The translations under genes were made by a program, and so were the position numbers. From Candidatus Heimdallarchaeota archaeon (GTDB lineage: Archaea; Asgardarchaeota; Heimdallarchaeia; Heimdallarchaeales; Heimdallarchaeaceae), in contig DXJF01000022.1 of assembly GCA_019057375.1 (NCBI GenBank), positions 1-46,522 of the forward strand: a stretch of DNA of 46,522 bases, read 5' to 3'. Below the pieces are notes generated by a model. That model was not told where the DNA came from, made no database searches, and worked only from the letters and a program-made list of their open reading frames with translations. Positions 36,428 through 45,347 of this stretch are shown here, one piece after another. The stretch's first letter is position 1. Each line of letters begins with the position of its first letter.

Positions 36428-37372
36428 TTAATCGCTTAGAGCATATTCTGTAGTGGTATATGATTCTCTTATACTCACTTTACCATTAGTGTACTGTGTT
36501 GCAAATTGACCACAATTGGTACCAATATCATTCTCTTCCCATTCACCAATACTGATGGCAGCACTAAAACCTAGTTTTCTGAACTCTTTAACTAATGGGA
36601 AGATTTCTGTATTTTCTACAGTAATCCCACTCTGGAGTTTATTATCCATAGCTTTGCTAGTAGGGTTAATTGGGGTCAACTTGATCCAATACTTTTCTGG
36701 ATCAAAAATATGAGCGACTATTTCGGGATTGATCTTAGAATCTTCAGCCACTGCAAAGTTGAGTGTTATTTTCCTATCTCCCTTTGTGTACCATTTTTCA
36801 CCAAATTTTGCAATTTCCCCCAGATCCCAGATATTTGTAGTCATCCATTTTTCTCTTTCTTCTTGATCTGTGGAATGAATTGAGAATTGTAGTTGGAAAT
36901 TACCATTAGGATAAAAGTGATTCTTCAGTTCAATTAGTTCATCAAGGAAATCTGCACCTTTGTTTGGAGCAATGGTACTTAGACAAGGCATTAATCCTGG
37001 AGCTTCATATTTTTCTGGGAGTAATTTTAAAACTTCTAGAACGTTTTTATTTAATGAAGGTTCTCCCATTCGAGCAAATTGAATTTTGAATTTAGGAATT
37101 GGTATTTTTCCATTCGGGAAACGTTTCTTGATCATGAAGTCAATCTCTTCAAGCATTCCTTCTGTAGAAATTTTACCGTGATAGTACTCCCCAGCATCGC
37201 ACATTAAACAACCAATAGGACACCCATACATGGTTGAAATAACCAGAACCCATTTTTCTTCTCTAGGAATAGGAGGTTGTAGACTTTCAACAAATTCTAC
37301 GATTTTACCTTCTTGTTTAGCTATGTAAAGAATAGCTAAATCTTCTTTACCATATTTCCCGAATATTTCCAT
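36428..37372 (-). CDS. RlmN/Cfr-like radical SAM protein
   Basis: CPIGCLMC (CxxxCxxC), MGEP, SIH and C-terminal CGQ. Likely start is ATG 37372. Confidence 0.85.
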   Translation of the reverse strand: MEIFGKYGKEDLAILYIAKQEGKIVEFVESLQPPIPREEKWVLVISTMYGCPIGCLMCDAGEYYHGKISTEGMLEEIDFMIKKRFPNGKIPIPKFKIQFARMGEPSLNKNVLEVLKLLPEKYEAPGLMPCLSTIAPNKGADFLDELIELKNHFYPNGNFQLQFSIHSTDQEEREKWMTTNIWDLGEIAKFGEKWYTKGDRKITLNFAVAEDSKINPEIVAHIFDPEKYWIKLTPINPTSKAMDNKLQSGITVENTEIFPLVKEFRKLGFSAAISIGEWEENDIGTNCGQFATQYTNGKVSIRESYTTTEYALSD

Positions 37373-37984
37373 TATTAACCAAGTCCACCAGTCTCTCAAT
37401 GTTGTTAAAAATATTGTGGATGTGGGTTTTAATGAAATTATCTGGATTTTAAAACAAAGTGCTATAATCTAATTGATAATTAATCACTCTCAGAATTCTT
37501 CTTCTTTTTATTATATATCTGGAAATTGATGCTCCACTATCTCTGATAGTTTCCGAGAAATCAAACTTTACTTTCACTTCCACAATCTGAGTTAGTTAGC
37601 TTCGTACTTCTTGTTTTTAATTAGATATACTCAGAAATTCTTAATCCAATCTATAGAGTTTTGTATAGTAAACGAATTAAGAGATTTCTTCGAGTTTAAA
37701 TATCAAACTGTTCATTACTATATTGAGACTACAGTCTCTTACTAAGTCAAGCCATTGACTTAAGTAAAAAGGCGTAGCTGAAAGATCTAGGAGACAGAAA
37801 GAATTGTATAAACGGAAATCAATGGTTCCAAATTGATTGGTTTGGTCATGTTCTTCCCAAGCCATAAAACTGTTTATTAGTTTTACCTCCTGAATTTATA
37901 AAACTCTGTCAAACTAGGTCTTTCAGCACCACTTAATTCATAATACAAGTCTGAAATAATTCTTCTTAAAATTCATATAATGTC

Positions 37985-38221
37985 TTACATGAAATCTTCT
38001 AATCCTGATTGTTTCTTCGGTCTCATAAAATCTTTCAGTTCCTTATCCTTCTGGTCAATGAACCATTGTTTAATGAGTTTGGTTGCAGAATCAATAACAG
38101 ATTTGGGTATCCAGAGAGAATTGTCAGTAAAACCATCAATTATAGCTAGAAAGGCTTTCTCTGTCTCAATATCTATCTTTCCTAACTTGTAATTGGAATA
38201 CTTGCTCTGTTTCTGTTCCAT
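37985..38221 (-). CDS. Small protein with ETEKA..WIPKS motif and C-terminal PIP-box-like motif
   Basis: 78 aa, ending KKQSGLEDFM, which fits Qxx(L)xxF(F/M). Confidence 0.65.
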   Translation of the reverse strand: MEQKQSKYSNYKLGKIDIETEKAFLAIIDGFTDNSLWIPKSVIDSATKLIKQWFIDQKDKELKDFMRPKKQSGLEDFM

Positions 38222-38277
38222 GTTAAAGAGAAGAAGGAGATTTCAGTTTATAATGATGAAAGAAACTCATATTATCC

Positions 38278-38820
38278 CTACTCAGATGAAACAGTATCTT
38301 TTGAATATTCAAGAAATGTTGGTTCTCCATCTTCATCAAAATCTTCGTCTAATAATGACATTGTATGATGAAGAAAACCAGAATCAGGTCTATAAATTTC
38401 ACGCTCAAGTTCAAGTGTTTGTCCTTTAACTTCAGGATTGTGAAGAGTAATTTTCAGAATAAATTTTCCTCTATCCCATTTATAATAATGTAGTCTTGGA
38501 TATACAAAAATAGGAGAATAGTTAATATCATCCCCTGCATTTATTTTTAAGTCATTCGATGTTCTTTTATTTTCATCATATGTTGGGTCATAATCACGAA
38601 AATATGAATAAGGAACATCAGAATCCCATGGAACATCAAACTCGATAATTGGATTGAATTCTGCTTCAATATCTATTAATGCAGTTTTTTCTCCATAATT
38701 CATGATTCGAATATTGATTTCACAAGAAGTACCTCTCTTACCTATTTTTTTATCTCCTACAACTCTAACATCCCGTATTTCAAGCACAGGTTTTTGGACT
38801 TTTTCTAACTTCAATCTCAA
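38278..38820 (-). CDS. Hypothetical beta-rich protein, probably 5'-truncated
   Basis: 180-aa ORF with only a TTG start. The frame closes about 30 nt upstream, inside the opposite-strand YaaC-like fragment. Confidence 0.55.
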   Translation of the reverse strand: MRLKLEKVQKPVLEIRDVRVVGDKKIGKRGTSCEINIRIMNYGEKTALIDIEAEFNPIIEFDVPWDSDVPYSYFRDYDPTYDENKRTSNDLKINAGDDINYSPIFVYPRLHYYKWDRGKFILKITLHNPEVKGQTLELEREIYRPDSGFLHHTMSLLDEDFDEDGEPTFLEYSKDTVSSE

Positions 38821-39345
38821 AATACAAGACCTCTTGTGGAATATTATTCATTACTTCAAGCTGTTAAGGGATCAATTATACTTGAATTAGATTTTGATAA
38901 AGAGTATCGTTTTGAACATCATGGATTGAAGGCAGATTATACAGATGAGGACGTATACATCAGAGCTGAAATTAAAAAATCTGGTGTGTTTCCGGCTCTT
39001 CTTATAAGATTTTCAGATGTTTATGATCATGGAGATGACATGGGGAATAATAGATTTGAATATACGATGGATAAATATTTTGATAAAAAATATAAACATT
39101 CATTAGAGGAGCTATTTGAAGAGTTATTAAGAAGTCCTTATGAAAATCTTCCTAAAACATTCATTGCTTCATGGATGCTTTCTATGTTAGTAAGATATAG
39201 ACCAGCTCTTTGGCAAAATTTGCTTAGTGGAAAATATGACAAAATGAGTATTGATTTACAAAAATTTCATGATGTAAAAATACCAGAAGCATTTAATTCA
39301 TTATTTAAAAAATATGGAGCAGTTGACTTGAATTCTCATTATTAA
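38809..39345 (+). pseudogene. YaaC-like protein, N-terminally truncated
   Basis: Homologous to the C-terminal part of 41438-42244 (PLVEYY..KG, HGL, GVFPA, SWMLS.LVRY.P..W). An in-frame TAA lies at 38806-38808. Confidence 0.7.
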
Positions 39346-39353
39346 ATAGTTTC

Positions 39354-39410
39354 TGTAATATTTGTGTTTATATATTTTCATTAATGATTCTAGTTAAGCG
39401 ATTCTAAGAA
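39354..39410 (+). repeat. Repeat A copy 1 (copy 2 at 42878-42932)
   Basis: TGTAATATTTGTGTTTATAT..TTTCATTAATGATTCTAGTTAAG...TTCTAAGAA, containing the palindrome TCATTAATGA. Confidence 0.88.
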
Positions 39411-39475
39411 GAACAAGAAAATATTTAGTTGGTAAGGTTTATAGACACAGTTTCAAATCCATGTCTTGAAAATAG

Positions 39476-39581
39476 TATTTCCATTTCCCACTTTTACCAT
39501 TTTGCTCCTGTTTCGAGAAAGTTTAAATGATATATATCCCTTAGTTTAGCGAATAATCATAAAGAGGATGAGAGTTTAATG
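39476..39581 (+). repeat. Repeat B copy 1: promoter/leader block (copy 2 at 43089-43194)
   Basis: About 100 bp near-identical block with GAGAAAGTTTAAA (BRE/TATA) and AAAGAGGATGAGAG, ending at an ATG. Confidence 0.88.
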
Positions 39582-40790
39582 ATATGAAAGAGGCGAAAAA
39601 GACTGAATAAAAAGAAAATAATAGGGAAAATAATAGGAATTATATTAAAAATTATTATTATTGGTGCATTTGTTGCGCTTGTACATATTGGTTATTTTAT
39701 TGAGAAAGATGAGAAAGATAAGAAAGAGCAGCTTATAGAAATGGAAGAGAAACATAGGTGGCTTACAGAAAAATGTGAGATTCTTAGTGCTGTTGACGAT
39801 TCCATTGCGAGTAAATATAGTAGTCTAACAATAGATTATAATGGGTCAGAGATAGATTACGATAGTCTTTACAACATATATATGGAGCTTTTAAATGCTT
39901 ATTATGAGCTGCTGCGTTATGATATTGTAGTAACGGAAAATACTAGTCAAATGATTTTACCTGCGCAATATATGGTTTTTGCTGAGACTGTTAGAAGATA
40001 TTATTATGAGGATTTCTATGTTAAAGATACATGGAGTAGAGGAAATAAATCAGGGTATTATGCAGAGATGAGAAGATTTTATCGAGATATAGTCTTACAT
40101 AGTTCTCAGAGCTATTCTGGTATACTTTCGGACAGTTATTGGTTCTTAGAAGTATCTAATGCTCTTGAAGATTACTTGATATATGGTAATCGAACAGAGT
40201 TTTTGGCTTGGGATATTTTTTATAATACGTATTATGACTGGCTTCCTTATTGGTGTGCAACGGGTTCAGGTAATGCTTTGAATGACATAAATGTTGTGGT
40301 TCAATGGTGTATTGATAAAATTAATTATGAAAGCGATGCAAAAATAATTTTGGGTCAAGAACCATATAGTGGGGACTATGCTAAATTTCCAGTTGAAACA
40401 GCTTTCAGAACAATGGGTGATTGCGAAGATCAAGCAATATTATGTGCAGCCTATTTAGAATCGAGAGGATATGAAACAGCTTTAGCAGGAGTTCATGATG
40501 CTGAAAACCCTAATTTTGAAGGAGTTTTTCAGCACGCTGTACTTTTAGTTCATGTTGAGGATACTATATCTTATCATAAATTATATTCGGCTGATTTATG
40601 GAATCTTGGAGATATGGATCCATATGAAGGGCGCACATGGTGCTGGTTAGACCCAACTTGGAATGTTCCTTTTGGTACTGAACCTGGGTGGATAAAGTAT
40701 TATCGAGATAAATGGATAACAAATGATATGTATGACAATGTAATTATAGCAATCTGTGATTTAAATGGAGCAATTATTTATACGCAATAG
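39579..40790 (+). CDS. Transglutaminase-like (Cys-His-Asp) surface protein, short stalk; in-frame TGA at codon 3
   Basis: GDCEDQA, QHA and WLDPTW. The reading frame upstream of ATG 39741 encodes a TM anchor back to 39588. The ATG homologous to the paralog's start (39579) is followed by ATA TGA. Confidence 0.7.
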
Positions 40791-40849
40791 AAAAAAGAAG
40801 TTCTAGAGATTAATGCAATTGATGAAAAAACGGGTGAGAGATTTACTAA

Positions 40850-41206
40850 AGAAAGGATAGAATAGCTGTTAAGATCGACAATCCAGAAAATTACATAAAG
40901 GCAGAAATAAAACCAGGTGTTTTTCTTGCGTTGCTTATAAGACAGACATTTCATGATGAAGAAACAAATCATATAGAAATGGAAGAATATCTAAAAGAAA
41001 ATTATAAACCATCAATTAAGGATTTAATCAATAATAATAGCGTTCCTGCTGTTCTTATTATATCCTGGATGCTTTCATCGTTAGTAAGATACAAACTAAA
41101 GGTTTGGCAAGAGATATGTGCTGGAGAAGAAGATGAATTAATAACCAAAATTCAAGAATTTCGCAGGAGTGCGTTTCCGAAAGCAGTTAAGAATCTTTTT
41201 TGGTAG
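40850..41206 (+). pseudogene. YaaC-like C-terminal fragment
   Basis: YIKAEIKPGVFLALL and SWMLSSLVRYKLKVW. It lacks the N-terminal half, with an in-frame TAA at 40847. Confidence 0.7.
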
Positions 41207-41437
41207 TATGAATATTCATCAAAAGAACAAAATATACTTAGTTTTCATAATTCATCTAAACAATTATATTCTCCATCCAGAAGAAGCAAAGCCCTAAATA
41301 CATTCTAGCATATTTAAATATCTCTCAATGAATGCGAAATAACTTTATATTGTAAAATCTATAATAAACCATTCTCAAATAGTTCCTTTATCTTATTAGA
41401 TATAGTATTCTAAAGTTAAGGGACTTCAATCTTGAAA

Positions 41438-42244
41438 TCAATAGTAAAATTTTAGATTTATTGTTTCATCAATTATTCTGAAAATACATTTTGGTAACGT
41501 ATTTTTTCTAAATTCTCTTATTTGAAGTATTATATCATCTTCTTTTCCCAAACAGATTCTTTCCCAGTTGTTCGGTTTATATCTAACTATCGAAGATAAC
41601 ATCCAACTAACAATGATAGATTTTGTTGGGTCTTCAAATGGTCTTTTAACTTCTAGAAAATAGGGATCTTGAAGCAGTTGTTCTATTGTAGGCTTATAAT
41701 CTTTTGATAACATTTCTTTTATTAACATGTTCTGTTTATCAAATATCAAAAGAAAAGCTGGAAACACACCAAATGGTTTAATTTCAGTTTGACAGTAAGA
41801 ATCATTATTTTTTACAGTTTTTAAACCATGATAACTGAAGAATTTTGTTTTTTCTGTATCTAGATAAGTTGAAATAATACCTTTTAAGCACTGCAGATAT
41901 CCATAATATTCAACTAGAGGGCTGGAATTTTTATGATTTCTATTCATGTTCTGGGAAGCTTTGAACATTTCTAATGCCTGACGAAAATATAAAGATGACT
42001 CATTTGAAACTTCCTTTAAACTATTAATATCTCTTATATTTGGCATATCGGATCGATTTATATTGTAACTATTGGCAAAATCAGAATTTAAGTATTCATT
42101 GATTTTATTCTCAATTTTTTCGTTAAAAGAATCAAAGAGACTTTCTGAAAAAACTGTTTTTTTTATCCTTTCCTCTAACAATTTCTGTAAATAGAATGGA
42201 AATGACAATTTCTCTAATTCTTTCAGACAAAGACTCATAGTCAT
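41438..42244 (-). CDS. YaaC-like protein (apparently full length)
   Basis: YFRQALEMFKAS, PLVEYYGYLQCLKG, HGL, GVFPAF, WMLSSIVRYKPNNW. Confidence 0.72.
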   Translation of the reverse strand: MTMSLCLKELEKLSFPFYLQKLLEERIKKTVFSESLFDSFNEKIENKINEYLNSDFANSYNINRSDMPNIRDINSLKEVSNESSLYFRQALEMFKASQNMNRNHKNSSPLVEYYGYLQCLKGIISTYLDTEKTKFFSYHGLKTVKNNDSYCQTEIKPFGVFPAFLLIFDKQNMLIKEMLSKDYKPTIEQLLQDPYFLEVKRPFEDPTKSIIVSWMLSSIVRYKPNNWERICLGKEDDIILQIREFRKNTLPKCIFRIIDETINLKFYY

Positions 42245-42559
42245 AGTTATTAATATTCAAGAAAATTCGAAATACTTAACTTTTACTATATTATAATCCT
42301 CCATAATTATTTTTAGGCTTTGAGATTTTCTTTGAAAAAATCTAAATGCATTTTTGAAACAGAACATAGTTTTACAGCTTGAGGTTAAAAATATAAGATT
42401 CTTTACTAAGTAAAGAATGTATTACGCTGTCCTTTATAATTTTCTCTCCTTTAGTAAATTGATTTTCTGAGATTTAATAGTTTTAAAGGCTTTACTGAAA
42501 AAATAATTATGTATTACCTATTGTTATTATATCCTAAACTAATCACATTATTGATAAAA

Positions 42560-42867
42560 ATGTCAAATCAAAGTAAAAAAAGAAATTAGATCCTTCAAAA
42601 TTACCTTCTCAAGTTAGTAAGAAATTACAAAAGGAGAAAAAAGGAATCTTTCCAATTCTACCTACTAAAATCGACTCAGAAAAAATCAAAAGTAAGAAAT
42701 TAGAAATTACACTCAAATGTTATAGATGTAGAACAAATAAATTCTCAAAACTATGTATTAAATGTAAGCAACCAATTTGTGGAAGATGTCAAACTAAAAA
42801 ACCAGAAGGTTATTGTGTCCCATGCAAGAATAAGTATTTTGGCGAGCTAACAATAGTATTAGAATGA
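42560..42867 (+). pseudogene. Frameshifted 8-Cys zinc-finger protein
   Basis: The ATG 42560 frame stops after 9 codons. One extra base in the A7 run (42575-42581) would give about 102 aa with CxxC-x8-CxxC-x4-CxxC-x8-CxxC. Confidence 0.7.
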
Positions 42868-42877
42868 TGAATCCTTT

Positions 42878-42932
42878 TGTAATATTTGTGTTTATATTTT
42901 CATTAATGATTCTAGTTAAGAGGTTCTAAGAA
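42878..42932 (+). repeat. Repeat A copy 2
   Basis: Near-identical to 39354-39410. Confidence 0.88.
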
Positions 42933-43088
42933 ACTGCAAAAAATTAAACGATCTTACTGCAGGAACATATATACCTTTTAAAAAGTTGCAGAATCCTGTT
43001 CAATTTTTTTATTTGACATACAAACATCATTTTATTTGACATATAAAAGGACAAAAAAGATTGTTTATATGTAATATATAGAAACTGA

Positions 43089-43194
43089 TATTTCCATTTC
43101 CCACTTTTACCATTTTGTTCCTGTTTTGAGAAAGTTTAAAACCTTCATATCTCTTAGTTTAACGAATAATCATAAAGAGGATGAGAGTTAAATG
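43089..43194 (+). repeat. Repeat B copy 2: promoter/leader block
   Basis: Near-identical to 39476-39581 and ends at the ATG of the stalked protein. Confidence 0.88.
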
Positions 43195-45195
43195 AATAAA
43201 AATATAGTTATTGGAAGTTCATTGATAGTTGTTTTTTTAAGTTTAGGAGTACTTACTGGTTATTTCATTCCGCAAAATAATCAAGCACAATATGATACTC
43301 TACTATCAGAATTTCAAGAATTGAATGGAGAATATAGTGATCTCTTAGTAGATTACAATAATTTGGAAGGAAATTATACTGAGTTGCAGGAAAAGTATGA
43401 CATACTAATTGAAGGAAATGTTACTCTTGATGAACTCTTCGATAAACTACTGTTAGATTATAATATATTAAATGAAACCTACTCTGCATTATTGGTAAAT
43501 TATAATATGGTGATAGAAAATTATGAAACATTAGTCATGGAACATACTGAGTTACAAGAAGCTTATGGTGTGTTAGTGGGGACTTATAATACTTTGTTGT
43601 TTGATTACAATACAATGATTGTTGAATATAATTTATTATTAGAGGAATACATCATATTAGAAGATAACTATAATCTATTAATAGCAGAACACGACGTGCT
43701 TGTAATTGCTTATAATGTTTTATTTGCAGACTATAATGCATTGTTAATAGCTTTTAACATTTTGGAGACTGAACTTGGAGATTTACAAATAGACTATGAT
43801 GATTTAATGATAAATCATAATGCCCTAATATTAGCTCATGAAGAATTACAATCGGACTACAATTCACTTCAAGTTGAATATGATAATCTTTTAACAAGCT
43901 ACAATATGCTACTAAGCGAATACGAAGCCTTAGATGGCCTTTATGCTGCAGTATTGATAAATTATAATTTGTTGATAACAGCTTATGATAATTTAGTGAT
44001 AGAAAATAGTGACTTACAGGAAGAAATTGACACCATGGTAATAGCTTATGCGACTTTAGAGGCAAGTTACAACATACTGCTTAGTAATTATGATACATTA
44101 TTGGCAGAACATAATGTATTGCAAAACAATTATGAACTGTTAATAGCAGAATTTGATGCTTTTATAATAATTTATAACGAAATGTTGGTAGAATATGGTA
44201 TATTGACAGAGACTTTGGTTGCATTACAAAATGACTTTGACAACCTTTTGATAGATTATAATACATTGTTAGCAACTTATAATCAACTCGATATTATGTA
44301 TTCTCAACTTGAAGCAGAATATTTAGTGTTAGAAACAGAATATAATCTTTTGTCTCAACAATGGGATACATTAGCTCAATGGATTAAGGGTATGACTTTA
44401 CCTGCTCAATATATGATTTTTGCCGAAGCAGTTAGAAGATATTACTTTTATGATTACTATTTAGTGAATGCGTATAATGCTGCTAGTTATTGGTATGAAT
44501 TTACAAGATTTTGTCGAGATATTGTTTTACATGATTCTAGACATGATTGTTTGGAAGGTTATTGGTTCCCTGAAGTATCTAATGCTCTTTCAGAATGTTT
44601 GAAGTATGGAAGTCAAACTGAGTATATGGCTTGGGAAATTTTTTATACTGTTTTCTATCCATGGCCTCCTACTTGGAGTCTTGGACATTTTCCTGCTGGT
44701 AGAGATGATTTAGTTGATATCAATACTGCTGTTCAGTGGTGTATAGATGAAATTGCTTATGAAGATGATACGGATATAACAACATTCCAAGAATTCTTTG
44801 CTTATGACTATGTTAAATTCCCTGTTGAGACAGCTTTTCGAACCTTAGGAGACTGTGAAGACCAAGCAATGCTTTGTGCGGCTTATTTAGAATCTAATGG
44901 ATTTGAAACTGCTCTAGCATTATTTCATGATGCTGATAATCCAGAATTCTCTGGTGGTTTTTATCATGCGACATTTCTAGTAAGAATTGATGACATAGAA
45001 GCTTTTTGGAATCAATATCCTACCTGTTCTTTATGGGATTTCGGAACTGGTACTTCATGGTGTTGGATTGATACAACATGGGATGTGCCATTCGGAACAG
45101 AACCTGGTTGGCTGCAATATTACAGTGACAATGGAATGACCTTTGATGAAGTTACTTTCGCTATCTGTGACTTAAATGGAGCAATTAGTTTATAA
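43192..45195 (+). CDS. Membrane-anchored, long coiled-coil-stalked transglutaminase-like protein
   Basis: N-terminal TM, 52 heptads (Y-x-x-L-x-x-x) at residues 34-397, and a C-terminal domain with GDCEDQA / YHA / WIDTTW. Confidence 0.85.
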   Translation: MNKNIVIGSSLIVVFLSLGVLTGYFIPQNNQAQYDTLLSEFQELNGEYSDLLVDYNNLEGNYTELQEKYDILIEGNVTLDELFDKLLLDYNILNETYSALLVNYNMVIENYETLVMEHTELQEAYGVLVGTYNTLLFDYNTMIVEYNLLLEEYIILEDNYNLLIAEHDVLVIAYNVLFADYNALLIAFNILETELGDLQIDYDDLMINHNALILAHEELQSDYNSLQVEYDNLLTSYNMLLSEYEALDGLYAAVLINYNLLITAYDNLVIENSDLQEEIDTMVIAYATLEASYNILLSNYDTLLAEHNVLQNNYELLIAEFDAFIIIYNEMLVEYGILTETLVALQNDFDNLLIDYNTLLATYNQLDIMYSQLEAEYLVLETEYNLLSQQWDTLAQWIKGMTLPAQYMIFAEAVRRYYFYDYYLVNAYNAASYWYEFTRFCRDIVLHDSRHDCLEGYWFPEVSNALSECLKYGSQTEYMAWEIFYTVFYPWPPTWSLGHFPAGRDDLVDINTAVQWCIDEIAYEDDTDITTFQEFFAYDYVKFPVETAFRTLGDCEDQAMLCAAYLESNGFETALALFHDADNPEFSGGFYHATFLVRIDDIEAFWNQYPTCSLWDFGTGTSWCWIDTTWDVPFGTEPGWLQYYSDNGMTFDEVTFAICDLNGAISL

Positions 45196-45347
45196 TTTTT
45201 TCTCCTTTTTTTATCATTTTCCGACAAAAACGTAAAATGAGTGGTTTAAATAATTTTATTGAGTAACATAATGATGAAACTATTTTCTATCCAGGAGAAA
45301 ATAATTGCTATAAATTTGATAGCTGAAATGCTGCAGGTACTGGAAGA

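Noticed and set aside
37677-37865. 62-aa ORF MAWEEHDQ...
   Set aside because: No motif is recognisable, it lies in degenerate sequence and it overlaps DNA dyads. Coding status is unsupported.
39354-39410. Integron attC site (GTTAAGC fits GTTRRRY)
   Set aside because: There is no matching RYYYAAC inverse core or extended dyad, copy 2 breaks the consensus, and no integrase is seen.
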